DNA of 63,990 nt, filler included, from Octopus bimaculoides (GCF_001194135.2; 7 parts of 7 records of this genome joined end to end with filler, not necessarily neighbours in it); one strand, 5' to 3'; numbered from the whole stretch's first letter, positions 1 to 12,639 are shown. A program made the numbers and translations. Notes: a model not told the origin generated them from the sequence alone.

Positions 1-310
1 AAATTAAGTACCAGTTACGCACTGGTAGTCGATGTAATCGACTTAATCCCTTTGTCTGTCCTTGTTTGTCCCCTCTCTCTGTAGCCCCTTGTGGGCAATA
101 AAGAAATAAGAAACGTTAGCACACCGGTCGAAATGCTTAGCGGTATTTCGTCTGTCTTTATGTTCTGAGTTCAAATTCCGCCGAGGTCGACTTTGTCTTT
201 CATCCTTTCGGGGTCGATAAATTAAGTACCTGTTGTGTACTGGGTTGATCTAGTTGACTGACCCCACTCCCCCAAAATTTCGGGCCTTTTGCCTAGAGTA
301 GAATGGAATC
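1..310 (+). mobile_element. tRNA-derived SINE family C, head-to-tail dimer (C1 tail joined to C2); 5' part cut off by the window edge
   Basis: B-box-like GAGTTCAAATTCC and the central motif gcctttcatcctttcggggtcgataaattaagtacc, shared with many other copies in the window. The C1 tail ccccttgtgggcaataaagaaataag runs directly into aaacgttagca of a second unit. A further degenerate copy follows at about 330-500. Confidence 0.85.
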
Positions 311-802
311 ATTAATACGTCGGACAAAAATACTTAACGGCATCTTTTTATGATTTGACGTGCCGAGTTCAAATGCTGCTGAGGTCAACTTTGCCTTTCG
401 TACTTTTGGAACTGATAAAATACAGAGGGTACCAGTTGAACACTGACGTCGAAGTAATGCAGTAGCACCTCCTCTCAAAATTTCAAGCTTTGTATAAATA
501 GGAGAAATAATTATTACTATACAAATTATATATGTCTGAATAATTTGGCAGTATTGGTTATCGTCTTTATAAAAAAATTAATTATTTTTACTGGTTTTTA
601 AAATCTTTTTTGAAATATTAAGTCTTTTTCTTTCATTTCCATATTTTATTTACAATCTGCTGTGGATGGGAAATGATTTAAGGAAAATAATTCTTCGGGG
701 AATATTTTCAAGTCCTTCGTTTTCTGTAGGCTTAGTTTCAAAAACATAAGGACTAGCTTGTTATATAAATACATAAATACATTCTTGTAATCCAAGAACA
801 GG

Positions 803-1170
803 TTGTTGTTGGCACTCCGTCACTTACGACGTCGAGGGTTCCAGTTGATCCGATCAACAGAACAGCCTGCTCGTGAAATTAACGTGCAAGTGGCTGAGCA
901 CTCCACAGACACGTGTGCCCTTTAAACGTAGTTCTCGGGGATATTCAGCGTAACACAGTGTGACAAGGCTGACCCTTTGAATTACAGGCACAACAGAAAC
1001 AGGAAGAAAGAGTGAGAGAAAGTTGTGGTTGAAGAGTACAGCAGGGTTCACCACCATCCCTTGACGGAGCCTCGTGGAGCCTTAGGTGTTTTCGCTCAAT
1101 AAACACTCACAACGCCCGGTCTGGGAATCGAAACCGCGATCCTATGACCGTGAGCCATTGCGCCTCTACG
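803..1170 (-). mobile_element. tRNA-derived SINE family A, near full length, inserted into an R4-like LINE
   Basis: Reverse complement of the full copy at 20253-20641. Flanked by a 13-bp duplication, atccaagaacagg (790-802) and attcaagaacagg (1171-1183), with 1 mismatch. Confidence 0.85.
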
Positions 1171-1750
1171 ATTCAAGAACAGGAGATTGCTACTAAATAC
1201 CTAATCAACAAAAGAGACAGTGAAGCATTTGGAGTTCCAAGATGCAACCGTAAATATAGATTATATCATATTTCGCTGAAGTTCATCACGCATATGATTA
1301 GCAGTTGCCCCCAAATATTATCAAGGTACTACCCCCCAAAGCGACAGGACTGTCCTGGGTGCGCACACAAATATCAGCACAAGGAATACTGGTTAAACAT
1401 TCCCCTCAAAACGTGTCGGGCCAGATATTATTTGGGACAGACAAGAAAAAGGTATGTACAGTCATAGAAATCAGCTGTCCTGCTGATACGAATATCTCTT
1501 TGAAAATCAAGGAGAAAGAAGATAATTATAGACAGCTGCTTCGAAACCTCCAGTTTCTATATCCGGATTACAAATTTACATTTGTACCAATAGCAATTGG
1601 AGCACTTGGTTTTGTAAATAAATGCCTAATTGTCTGTCCGGATGAGCTTGGATTTTCAGAAAAAGAAATCAACCAACTAACTTGCACGTTACAAAGACAA
1701 TCAGCAAGCGGAACAGTAAAAACTATGATATACTTTTATCAGGTTTAAAA
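1171..1750 (+). mobile_element. 3' fragment of a restriction-like-endonuclease (RLE) non-LTR retrotransposon, R4/Dong-like; frameshifted
   Basis: Reading across frames gives IQEQEIATKYLINKRD, a decayed CCHC knuckle (RCNRKYRLYH...THMISSCP..SRYY), PDIIWDRQEK, and VCTVIEISCPADTNISLKIKEKEDNY...VPIAIGALG. These fit the zinc knuckle plus PD-(D/E)xK RLE domain. The frame continues on the other side of the SINE (LVIQEQ at about 784-802). Confidence 0.8.
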
Positions 1751-1839
1751 TGCGACGTTATTTCCGTTATCTAAACTCCAACTATGGAACTTTGTATCGT
1801 TGTTAGAAACCACATCCTTCTTCAGAATACACACATATA

Positions 1840-2395
1840 TGTGGCTATGCCGTTAGTTTGCTTCCCAACCACATGATTCCGGTTTTAGTCCTACTGCAAG
1901 TGCCTTCTAGTATGGCCTCGGCCAATCAGAGCCTTGCGAATGGATTTGGTGGTGGACGGAAACTAAAAGAGCCCGTTGTATGTGTGTGTGTGTGTGTGTG
2001 TCCCTCTTATTTCTTTATTGCCCACAAGAGGCTAAACATAGAGGGGACAAACAAGGACAGACAAAGGGATTAAGTCGATTACATCGACCCCAGTGCGTAA
2101 GAATGAAAGAATGAAAGGCAAAGTTAACCTTGGCGGAATTTGAACTCAGAACGTAACAGCAGAAATACCGCTAAGCATTTCGCCCGGTGTGCTAACGTTT
2201 CTGCCAGCTCGCCGCACCTCTGCTTGACAACTTGTTTTGGTGTGTTCATGTCTCCGTAATTCAGCGCTTCGGCAAAAGAGACCGATACAACAAATAGCAA
2301 GCTTTAGAATAATAAGTACTGGGGTCGATTCGTTCTTGAAGGCGTTGCCCCAGCATGGACGCGCTCAAATAACTGAAACAAGACGTTAAAAGGTA
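1840..2395 (+). mobile_element. SINE family B (tRNA head, CORE-like centre), diverged and interrupted by a SINE C copy
   Basis: The head gtggctatg...cccaaccacatg lies at 1840-2000 and the 3' part gcttgacaac...cggcaaaagagaccgata...actgaaacaag at 2219-2395. Both match other B copies in the window. Confidence 0.7.
2004..2216 (-). mobile_element. SINE family C (C1 tail) nested inside SINE B
   Basis: Reverse complement of the C1 monomer, from ttatttctttattgcccacaag to ctgccagctcgccgc. Confidence 0.85.
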
Positions 2396-2401
2396 TATGA
2401 A

Positions 2402-2822
2402 CTTTAAACTAGTCTCATTGGCAGTGTGTTCTGGTCCATTGTTATGCTGTAAGACTGCACGTTGTCTTTGGTTGGGCAATGCCATATAACGAGCTTTCAA
2501 AGCATCATATACTCGCTACAGTTGTTGAGCATAACCAAATGGGTCAAACTTTAAATGCAACACCCCCTCAAAATTCCACCAAATACACAACGTGACCTTC
2601 TGTTTAAACCGTCCTTGTTTGACAACAGGTTCTGAACCTGGCCGGAACGAAGCCACTGGTTTCTCTTATTAGGATGACGAAAATAAGATCCATTTTTTTC
2701 ACCCTTGGTTACAATTTGACTCTAATAAACAGCATTTCGAGGATTTGACGGCAGTTGTTTGCAAATGTTCCCATGTCGTTGAGCGTGGTCTTGAAGAGAT
2801 TTTGATGAGCTTCTCGACAGCT
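2402..2822 (-). mobile_element. Decayed mariner transposase fragment (catalytic region)
   Basis: Minus-strand translation across frameshifts: QIVTKGEK-KWILF...EPVVKQGRFKQKVTLCIWWNFEGVLH...YAQQL*RVYDALKARYMALPNQRQRAVLQHNNGPEHTA. This matches the mariner TxDEKW, KVMLCVWW and LQHDNA motifs. Confidence 0.8.
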
Positions 2823-2829
2823 AAACCGC

Positions 2830-2990
2830 TGCCTGTGTCGTAAATAGCTTGCTTCCCAATAACATGGTTCCGGGTTCAGCCCCCACCGCGTGGCACCTTG
2901 GGCAAGTGTCTTCTACTATAGCCACAGGCCGACTAAAGCTTTGTGAGTGTATTTGGTAAACGGAAACTGAAAAAAGCCCGTCGTATATAT
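2830..2990 (+). mobile_element. SINE family B, 5' part running into an N gap
   Basis: gcttgcttcccaa...ggttccgggttcag...gcaccttgggcaagtgtcttctactatag...ggaaactgaaaaaagcccgtcg. Confidence 0.85.
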
Positions 2991-4157
2991 NNNNNNNNNN
3001 NNNNNNNNNNNNNNNNNNNNNNNNNNNNNNNNNNNNNNNNNNNNNNNNNNNNNNNNNNNNNNNNNNNNNNNNNNNNNNNNNNNNNNNNNNNNNNNNNNNN
3101 NNNNNNNNNNNNNNNNNNNNNNNNNNNNNNNNNNNNNNNNNNNNNNNNNNNNNNNNNNNNNNNNNNNNNNNNNNNNNNNNNNNNNNNNNNNNNNNNNNNN
3201 NNNNNNNNNNNNNNNNNNNNNNNNNNNNNNNNNNNNNNNNNNNNNNNNNNNNNNNNNNNNNNNNNNNNNNNNNNNNNNNNNNNNNNNNNNNNNNNNNNNN
3301 NNNNNNNNNNNNNNNNNNNNNNNNNNNNNNNNNNNNNNNNNNNNNNNNNNNNNNNNNNNNNNNNNNNNNNNNNNNNNNNNNNNNNNNNNNNNNNNNNNNN
3401 NNNNNNNNNNNNNNNNAGACAAATGAAAAAAATTTTTTATTTAGTATTTTTTCATTTGTCTTGCCCTTTTACAGTCTGTTGTGTCGCTAAATTTTTACTG
3501 AGAACATATTTTTCGTGGTTAGATGATTCGGCATCTATTTCTAGCATATAGGAGTCCACTTTTGCTGGTCATTCCTCTTATTTTTGTATGTAATATAATT
3601 TTAATCTTCGTTTGTTTTTTTAATATGCTAGACCACTGGTTTTAATTGATTAATATCGATTTCTACCCTTCATCCGTGTACAATGTATTTACTGGGATCC
3701 CAGAATCCATTTGGAACTGGGAGTGAAACTAAATGTTATTTTGCACAACCGTGAAGGGATATGAAACACAGTGACCTCCCTTGTAGTGCAAAACTGTCGG
3801 GACAGCCTTGTTCTCTAAAACAAGACCAAACATTCCTGGAAATATGTACCCTACGCTAGGGAGTGACCTACAGCAAGAGTCTTTAAACTACAGCGTAGAC
3901 TCATATAGGCTCTCTGTCTCTCTCATGTCCTCATTAGGGATGTTGCTATATTTCTTCGGGCCTCTTCAATATTGCTTGAATTTCATATGTTCATTAGATT
4001 CTTTTTCAAATTTTCTACACTGATGGTATTAAATATGTTGAAAATAATCTACTGAAAATCTAATGTATTTCAAGTGGTTGGAAAAATTCTAAAAAAATCC
4101 TTGAGTCGTTCTTGCCGCGGGATCGAAACTGCAAGTTGCCGGTCTGCAGAAATAAAC

Positions 4158-4450
4158 GTTTGTTGGCACTCCGTCGCTTACGACGTCGGGGGCTCCAGTT
4201 GATCCGATCAACGGAACAGCCTGCTCGTGAAATTAACGTGCAAGTGGCTGAGCACTCCACAGACACGTGTACCCTTAACGTAGTTCTCGGGGATATTCAG
4301 CGTGACACAGTGTGACAAGGCTGACCCTTTGAATTACAGGCACAACAGAAACAGGAAGTAAGAGTGAGAGAAAGCTGTGGTGGAAGAGTACAGCAGGGTT
4401 CGCCACCATCCCCTGCCGGAGCCTCGTGGAGCTTTAGGTGTTTTCGCTCA
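4158..4450 (-). mobile_element. SINE family A, cut off by an N gap
   Basis: Nearly identical to the reverse complement of 20345-20641. Confidence 0.85.
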
Positions 4451-4756
4451 NNNNNNNNNNNNNNNNNNNNNNNNNNNNNNNNNNNNNNNNNNNNNNNNNN
4501 NNNNNNNNNNNNNNNNNNNNNNNNNNNNNNNNNNNNNNNNNNNNNNNNNNNNNNNNNNNNNNNNNNNNNNNNNNNNNNNNNNNNNNNNNNNNTATATATA
4601 TACATATACACGCACACAGACAGCAGCAGTCGTATTATTTCAGACTGTTAGTCTATTGAACTGAATAACAGAAAGAAAGAAAAAAAAAAGAAAGAAAGAA
4701 ACGAAGAACTTGTTAGAAGGTGGTGGTGGAACTGTTGAAGACTGACACATATTCTT

Positions 4757-5087
4757 TCTCTTTACTCTTTTACTTGTTTCAGTCATTTGACTGTGGCCAT
4801 GCTGGAGCACCGCCTTTTAGTCGAGCAAATCGACCCCGGGACTTATTCTTTGTAAGCCTAGTACTTATTCTATCGGTTCTCCTTTTTGCCGAACCGCTAG
4901 CTGACGGGGATGTAAACACACCAGCATCGGTTGTCAAGCGAAGTTGGGGGGACACAGACACACACAAACATATACACACATACATACATATATATATATA
5001 TAAATACGACGGGCTTCTTTCAGTTTCCGTCTACCAAATCCACTCACAAGGCTTTGGTCGGCCCGAGGCTATAGTAGAAGACACTTA
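4757..5087 (-). mobile_element. SINE family B lacking the tRNA head
   Basis: cttttacttgtttcagtcatttgactgtggccatgctggagcaccgcc...gacgggcttctttcagtttccg...gaggctatagtagaagacactt. Confidence 0.85.
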
Positions 5088-5579
5088 TATACACTTGATA
5101 TGTATTGACGTATTCATATATAGACACACAGTGACATATATAGATAATAATACTATCTCTTTATATATATATATTTTATGTATGTTGCGTATTTATACAC
5201 TCTAGAGTGTCGCTGATATATACATACATTAAAAACCTACTTATTTATAAGTGAAGTTCCTTTATAAATTCACAAAATAGACAGGAAATAAGTCAAAGTA
5301 AAAACTTAACATCACAAGACAGGAAGAATTGATAAATACAATTATAATAAAAGTTTTAACTTAATATATCCAGGTTACGGGAAAAGAATAAAAGTTTAAA
5401 AATATACTTAATCACGTAATTACTATAATTAATATAGTTATGATAATATTGTCTCCAATGTAGATAATAATTGTCCAAAATTATAGTTTCCTGTTTCTGT
5501 TTTTAAAAAAAATTAACTTGGAAAGTCTTTTAAATTTTGTTTTAGATTTTATCTGAGAAAAAAAATATCATAAGCTAAC

Positions 5580-5634
<55 letters not shown>

Positions 5635-5781
5635 GCAAGAGAGTTTGGGGTAGAAGATTCAACCCACTAAGGGATAGTATCTATCCAATATACTGCTGGG
5701 AGGGTACCCAATTATTGTTACACTAGTGTTATACCACACACACACACACACACACAATATATATACATACAATCTCTCTCT

Positions 5782-5825
<44 letters not shown>

Positions 5826-6881
5826 TTTTATAGATATATAACTATATATGATTTTAAGTATGTAAAATCCACATCCATATATACACTAGAAGTTTATATA
5901 AAATCCACACACATATATATACACACTACATAAGTTTTAGTATATGAAATATACAGACTGTATATAATTAATTTGTCATAGGATTCAATTTTAAACCCCG
6001 TTTGTGTTCTCTTTATGTATAAATAATATATGTATACACATGCACACACACACACACACACACAGTTTTCAGCTTGTTTGCATCTCTTCTGCTGGCAGTA
6101 AATTTTTATTCAGACAAGTTACGTGAAGATTCATATTCTAGTCTTTAAGGAAGTTCCTCTCGACCTATTCCTCCCATTTATCTATTCCTTTTATCTCTAC
6201 CTCCCCCTCTTTCTCTTCTCTCATTCCTCCTCTACGACGTCCCCCCTCTCTCTATTATCCTCTATCTAACTCGTTTTCCCTCCTTCTCTCTCTCTAACTT
6301 TACTCCTTCACTTCATCATTTTGACATTTACCAAAATATTTTCTTTTTGGACAGAAACCAGAAGCATTTGCCCCCTTTTTTTTTTACTTTTCTGGTAAGG
6401 AACAGCTTTTATATTCCTCCTGACCCCTTCTTAATCTAAAACTCGATCAGGGCACTTAAAGATCTACATACATTATCTAAATAATTACACACACACACAT
6501 ACACTTATAAATACACACTATATATAAGTATATACTTCTGAATATATAATATAAACGTATCTGTGTGTGTGTATGTAAATGCAACAACAGTTGAAGTAGT
6601 TTTGTGTCGAGTTAATAAATAAATCAGTCAGAAAGAGTGCGTGTGTGTGTGTGTGTGTGTGTGTGGGACGTTGACAGGTCAGGTCGGTCTCCAACCAGAG
6701 AATAATAGAAAGTGTGAACTTCGGTAAACCAGAGCGGGAAAACAAAAAAAAAAACCCAGTTAAACTGTTACAACAAACAAATATTGATAATAATAATAAT
6801 AATAACAACAGGAATAAGAATTCTAATTAAACGTTGGATATACCAAAGTGTTGTGCGATTTGAGGTGGTGTGAGTTATTTC

Positions 6882-6916
6882 ATGGAGAGGAAGACACAGA
6901 GACAAGCCAGACTTTG
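6882..6916 (+). CDS. Candidate first coding exon (MERKTQRQARL + 2 nt), unconfirmed
   Basis: ATG in ttcATGG context followed by a consensus donor TG|GTAAGT, in unique sequence downstream of a CT-rich tract. No partner exon was identified. Confidence 0.2.
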
Positions 6917-7222
6917 GTAAGTTTTAAAATTCAATTATAATTACAGTAGTAGTGCAAGATTTATTAATTGGAAGTACTTCGTTGAGGTGGACAGCAGATG
7001 TGAGGTAATACTACATATATATATATATATTACGCGCATGTGTATTTACCGCTATATGTATATATACACACACGCCTATCTATATATATATCTATCTACC
7101 TATCTATCTATCTATCTATCTATCTCTATAAACGTATGTATGTATGCATTTGTATACATACATACCTACACGTGCGTGTGAATTTATATACACACATATA
7201 TACTCGCATGTGTGTATATCTC

Positions 7223-7264
<42 letters not shown>

Positions 7265-7561
7265 ATAATTGGATGCAGCTGGTACTTCCTTGTGTCGCTA
7301 ATGGTGTCTTTCACGTGTTAGACGATTCTTTAGTCTTCATGCAGTGTATGTATATACGTATGTGTGCGTATATAATATATAGTCAGTTTCCACCGGTGGG
7401 GAAACTTGGAAATCGACAATCACTGTCAACAAAATTATGGATTATAAAATAAGACTTTGCACATGTATTGAGTGCTTTGTTCAGTTTGTCCGTTTCACTC
7501 TATCTAAAGTCTTTTTATTTCAACTAATCTCAATACTTACCCGTGTATATATGCAACTGTG

Positions 7562-7607
<46 letters not shown>

Positions 7608-7812
7608 TTTGTATGTGATAATGTATGTAAATATGATAGTGTTAGGTCCTCTTATTGTAATCATTTTAGGATGGAGCCGTTTAGATATCAAATGTTAGCT
7701 GATAACACTAAGCGAAGAGTATAACTCCCATACTGAGCGTGATGAGGACAACATTAATTGTTATAACAATAACTGATAACATCCGTATAGTATAAAGCGA
7801 TTTCCACTTTAT

Positions 7813-7847
<35 letters not shown>

Positions 7848-9054
7848 GTATATGTATATATATACACGCGCTTCAGTCATGGGGAATGTATTTCCCTCAC
7901 GACCGAATTTCGTGATCCTTTCAAACGCCGTCTTTTTCACTCGTCCCCCGAATGCAGTTTCGAATCGCAAGGACGGCAGCGGTCTGGGAACAGCATTGAT
8001 GCCACAACATCTGCAAGCCTTTCGTGTGTTCATGTCGATGTAAGGCACTGTTATTACTTAATGTAGTTATGGCCGTGTGCGCGTATAATAAATATGGGGA
8101 TATATTTAGATTAAGGGGCTTTTGTGTATGACTATATATAGGGCTTATACACGGCAGATGATGTTGGGTATACACCCATACATAAAATTAAACAATAGGA
8201 TGAAAAATTGGATATTAATTAATATCAATTTAATGCCAGGTAACAAGCACATTAAAAGAATCGGGGAGATTCAGGAAAAATCTGAGATCTCAAACGATTA
8301 TTGTATATGTGTATATATAAGAATATATAAAAATATATATATAACGGAGGCCACTACGTGGACCGCCAGTGTGCTAGAAGAAGATCACATGTCATACACC
8401 CATACATACATGTATGTATATGCGTGCGGCAGTTGATGTTGGGTGTATATTTTCGTAGTTTGGTTCGTAGAATACGAGTATGTATTGGTAGTATATATAA
8501 TATATATTTCCACATGACTCGACTGTGTATGTATGTGTGTGTATATATAAATATAGATGTACTTGAATTTGTGTTGATGAATATATTATGTATATAATAT
8601 ATTAGGAAAAACCTAAAAATACAAGGTCTTTTCCGGTAGGTATGTACGTGTACGTCTGTTTTCTCTACTGATATGGGTTGGACGATTCGACAGGATGTTG
8701 GACCCCGTCTGATTCCTGTGTCTCTGACATAGTTTCCACGGTTGGTTGCCCATCATAATATCAACCGCTCTATCGATTGTATTTTTCATGGTACAGGTAC
8801 TAATCAGGTCGCCTTGTAATTCAAAACTAAAGAACCTCACGATTGAGAAGAATAATAGTAAAGAAGGTGGCGTCAGTGTAAGGGAGTTGGAGGGGATACT
8901 AAGAGAAGACGACTTCAAATTGCATCTGATCGTGGGGCCCCGGTTCAAGAGTTCCAGTGTCTTGAGGGTTGTGGAACCATCACTTAGCCACTGTTGTTCC
9001 TATGTCTATTCTAACCTGGAATATTAGTACCTGTCAGGGTCACAACCATGGATT

Positions 9055-9432
9055 GGTTGGCACTCCGTCGCTTACGACGACGAGGGTTCCAGTTGATCCG
9101 ATCAACGGAACAGCCTGCTCGCGAAATTAACGTGCAAGTGGCTGAGCACTCCACAGACACGTGTACCCTTAACGTAGTTCTCTGGGATATTCAGCATGAA
9201 ACAGTGTGACAAGGCTGACCCTTTGAATTACAGGCACAACAAAAACAGGAAGTAAGAGTGAGAGAAAGTTGTGGTGAAGGAGTACAGCAGGGTTCGCCAC
9301 CATCCCCTGCCGGAGCCTCGTGGAACTTTAGGTGTTTTTGCTCAATAAACACTCACAACGCCCAGTCTGGGAATCGAAACCACGATCCTATGACCGCGAG
9401 TCCGCTGCCCTAACCACTGGGCCATTGTCCCT
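9055..9432 (-). mobile_element. SINE family A, full length
   Basis: Reverse complement of 20253-20641, including the tRNA-like head. Confidence 0.88.
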
Positions 9433-9434
9433 CT

Positions 9435-9610
9435 ATTGTTTTGTATTAATCATGCATTATCTCACAGCTTTGAGGTTTCAACAATGTGATTGTTTATTTG
9501 TAGAATGACATTGTAGGGTAGGTGTGAGAGGCTGTACATAGCCAGTTTGAATGTCAAAACAGGTAGAATATTCGGGTCAGATATGGCTGGTTTAAATGCT
9601 AAAGGATTAA
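9435..9610. mobile_element. Fragment of a TTAA-flanked (piggyBac-like) MITE
   Basis: Ends in aatgctaaaggattaa, a near-match to a TTAA-CCCTTT-type terminus. The family assignment is from recall. Confidence 0.35.
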
Positions 9611-10436
9611 AGACTCAGGAAATATAAGAGCCCTTACTTAAAAGACAGATAAGGGTTAGCAACAGGAAGAAGATTTGACTTTAAAAGCAAAGTCCCAGTA
9701 ATTGTCTCATTCAGACATATTTTCGCAGAAGATTGCAAACAAACATGACTTTTATGATCGTGGTGTTTGTTTACTGTATGTCTCTGATGTCAAGAAAAGG
9801 AGACACAGATACACGCACACACACACACACAATGGTCCTACTTTTCAATTTCTAAATATCATCATCATCATCACTTTGTGTCCATTTTCCATGCTGTCAT
9901 GGCTTGGAAAGATTGCTGCTGTTCTCCCTACTGGTTGCTCTTCCTAACCCCACTCACTGTACAGAGTGTGTGTACTGGGTGTACTTTTTTCGTGGCACCA
10001 GCACTAGTGAGGTTGTCATGTTTTTACCACAGCTAAAGTATCCTCTTGACCCCGACACTTGAGAGGGCATTAGGTGCATTTTATTGGGACACCAGCATTG
10101 GAGAGGATAGGAGTGGATAAGAGATGGATAAATGGGGAAAATGATGGATGTTGTTAGGAAATGGCTTGTGAAAAGTATAGGAAGAGTGTGAGGGGGTACA
10201 TACTGATATAATGAGCAAGAGAGAGGGAGGGATGGAATGTTGGGGAGTTGGTCAGATAGGTACAAGGAACAGCAGAGATCTACTGCCATCATTAGCTACA
10301 CCAGCTGTGTATCAAAGTATGAGATTGAGAGATGAGCACTTCATCATTTTAGTTTTCTCTACTTTTCAGTGCTTTCATGGGTCAAACAAAACTATGTTGG
10401 AGCAGAGTTTCCTTACGGCCATGGGCTCTTCCTGCA

Positions 10437-10555
10437 ATGCCATCATCATCATCATCATTTAATGCCCACTTTTCCATGCTTGCATAGGTTGGAAGGAATT
10501 CGTTAAGACAGATTTTGTTTTATCTATGGTTGGATGCCCTTCCTGTCATTAATGC
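10437..10555 (-). mobile_element. Interspersed repeat family D with a (GAT)n tail
   Basis: The reverse complement shares tccaaccyatgc..gcatrgaaaa..gg..tt.aatgatg and aggaagggcatcca with 19300-19525. A related copy lies at about 9857-10060. Confidence 0.55.
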
Positions 10556-10597
10556 TCATTTCTTTCCAAAGTAAAGTAATATTTTCTTATGATGAAA

Positions 10598-11170
10598 GCG
10601 GCGAGCTGGCAGAAATGTTAGCACGCTGGGCGAAATGCTTAGCGGCATTTCGTCTGCCGCTACGTTCTGAGTTCAAATTCCGTCGAGGTCGACTTTGCCT
10701 TTCATCCTTTCGGGGTTGATTAAATAAGCACCAGTTACGCACTGGGGTCGATATAATCAACTTAATCCGTTTGTCCCCTCTATGTTTAGCCCCTTGTGGG
10801 CAATAAAGAAATAAGAAACGTTANNNNNNNNNNATTCCGTCGAGGTCGACTTTGCCTTTCATCCTTTCGGGGTTGATTAAATAAGCACCAGTTACGCACT
10901 GGGGTCGATATAATCAACTTAATCCGTTTGTCCCCTCTATGTTTAGCCCCTTGTGGGCAATAAAGAAATAAGAAACGTTAGCATGCTGGGCAAAATGCTT
11001 AGCGGTATTTCGTCTGTCTTTATGTTCTTAGTTCAAATTCCATTGAGGTTGACTTTGCCTTTCATCCTTTCGGGGTCGATGAATTAAGTACCAGTTATGT
11101 ACTGGGATTGATCTAATTGACTGGCCCCCTCCCCAAAAACTTCAGGCCTTTTGCCTAGAGTAGAATGGAA
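10598..11170 (+). mobile_element. SINE family C, C1-C2 dimer; the apparent third unit is an assembly overlap
   Basis: Head ggcgagctggcagaaatgttagcac, B box, C1 tail, junction aagaaacgttagca, then the C2 tail gccttttgcctagagtagaatggaat. Confidence 0.85.
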
Positions 11171-11296
11171 TATTTTCTTACGATCAAACATGTTTTCACA
11201 AGCTAAAAGCATAATGTGTATGTACATGTCTGGGTCCCTAGACTAATGTATCCCTTTTGACTTACACTTGTTGCCTTCCACCTCACCCCACCTAGC

Positions 11297-11395
11297 AACT
11301 ACCTAGCAAACTTTAATTGCAGAACCAGCATCCTATATGGGCTCCCAAAAATCCACAAGAGCAAAATTATTACCGAAGCTTGCAAAAAGTCACTT
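11297..11395 (+). mobile_element. Small fragment of a Penelope-like element reverse transcriptase
   Basis: In-frame NYLANFNCRTSILYGLPKIHKSKIITEACKKS. YGLPKIHK is the hallmark PLE RT motif. Confidence 0.75.
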
Positions 11396-12145
11396 CAACC
11401 TGCTGAGAGGCTAAGTCAACCTTGGCAGAATAATTATAATGATAATAAAGTAATAGTAAGAATATAAAGCAATAATAATGATTTCTGGTTTAGATGCATA
11501 GCTAACAATTTTTAGGGGAAGGGTTTGTCAATAAAATCAACCCCAGAAGCATGGAAGGCAAAGTTGACCATTGTAGGTATTGAACCTGAAATGTAAAGAA
11601 CCAGAACAAATGCCACAATGCACTTTTCTGATGCTCTAACGATTCTGTCTTTTAGCAGTAGTTTTCAGATTTAGTAATTAAGCAGTATGTGTGTGTGTGA
11701 GAGAGAGACATTGATGCTGTTAATGATGTGATGCAGTAGAGAACTGGTAGAGGAATCTTGACTTGTCACACAGAGCTCACCTCAGAATAACTTGCAACAA
11801 CAAAACTAATATCATCAGTGAAAATGAATATAAAACAAAAAAAGGAAGAGATAAAATAAGTCCCAGCAGACTTTCTTTGTAATAATTCCATGTTTGGGAG
11901 AGATTGGTGGCTCTGTGGCTGAGATGATATTTAAAAATAAGTCTTTGGGCCGGTTGGATGAGCAGGGAGTAAGGGGAAAGTGAGCGAAGGCTAAAGAATG
12001 AGGAGCAGGGAGAGAATGGGAGGGGTTAGGGTTTTGAATCTTTTTCTAAGACCTATCTTGAGTGTTATCATCTAATCTCTGTGTAAACAAAGCCACAAAC
12101 ACATACACACATTCATGTGTATGTGTATGTATGTATGTATATATA

Positions 12146-12521
12146 CAGTCATTTGACTGCGGCCATGCTGGAGCACCGCCTTTAGTCGAGTAAATCGACC
12201 CCAGGACTTATTCTTTGTAAGCCTAGTACTTATTCTATCGGGCTCTTTTTGCTGAACCGCTAAGTTACGGGGACGTAAACAGAGCAGCATCGGTTGTCAA
12301 GCGATGTTGGGGGGAGAAACACAGACACACAAACACACACGTACACACATGCATACATATATACGACGGGCTTCTTTCAGTTTCCGTCTATCAAATCCAC
12401 TCACAAGGCTTTGGTCGGCCCGAGGCTATAGGAGAAGACACTTGCCCAAGGTGCCACGCAGTGGGACTGAACCTGGAACCATGTGGTTGGTAAGCAAGCT
12501 ACTTACCATGCAGCCACTCCT
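12146..12521 (-). mobile_element. SINE family B, full length
   Basis: cagtcatttgactgcggccatgctggag... through ...taagcaagctacttaccatgcagccactcct, including the A-box/B-box head. Confidence 0.88.
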
Positions 12522-12639
12522 ATGCAAACACACATTTATATATGCCTATAAGCATATATATATATATTTCAGTATGAAACCTGGACAAATTAATGTGTGT
12601 GTGTATATTCATACGTATGTATGTATGCATGTACCTACA

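Noticed and set aside
7860-8050. GC-richer island that may be a very decayed mariner N-terminus on the minus strand
   Set aside because: It needs several frameshifts and shows only a faint resemblance to the RSGRP motif, which is not enough to support a call.
10676-10983. Apparent third SINE C unit (trimer)
   Set aside because: About 10677-10823 and 10834-10980 are identical on either side of a 10-N gap, which indicates an unmerged contig overlap rather than a real duplication.
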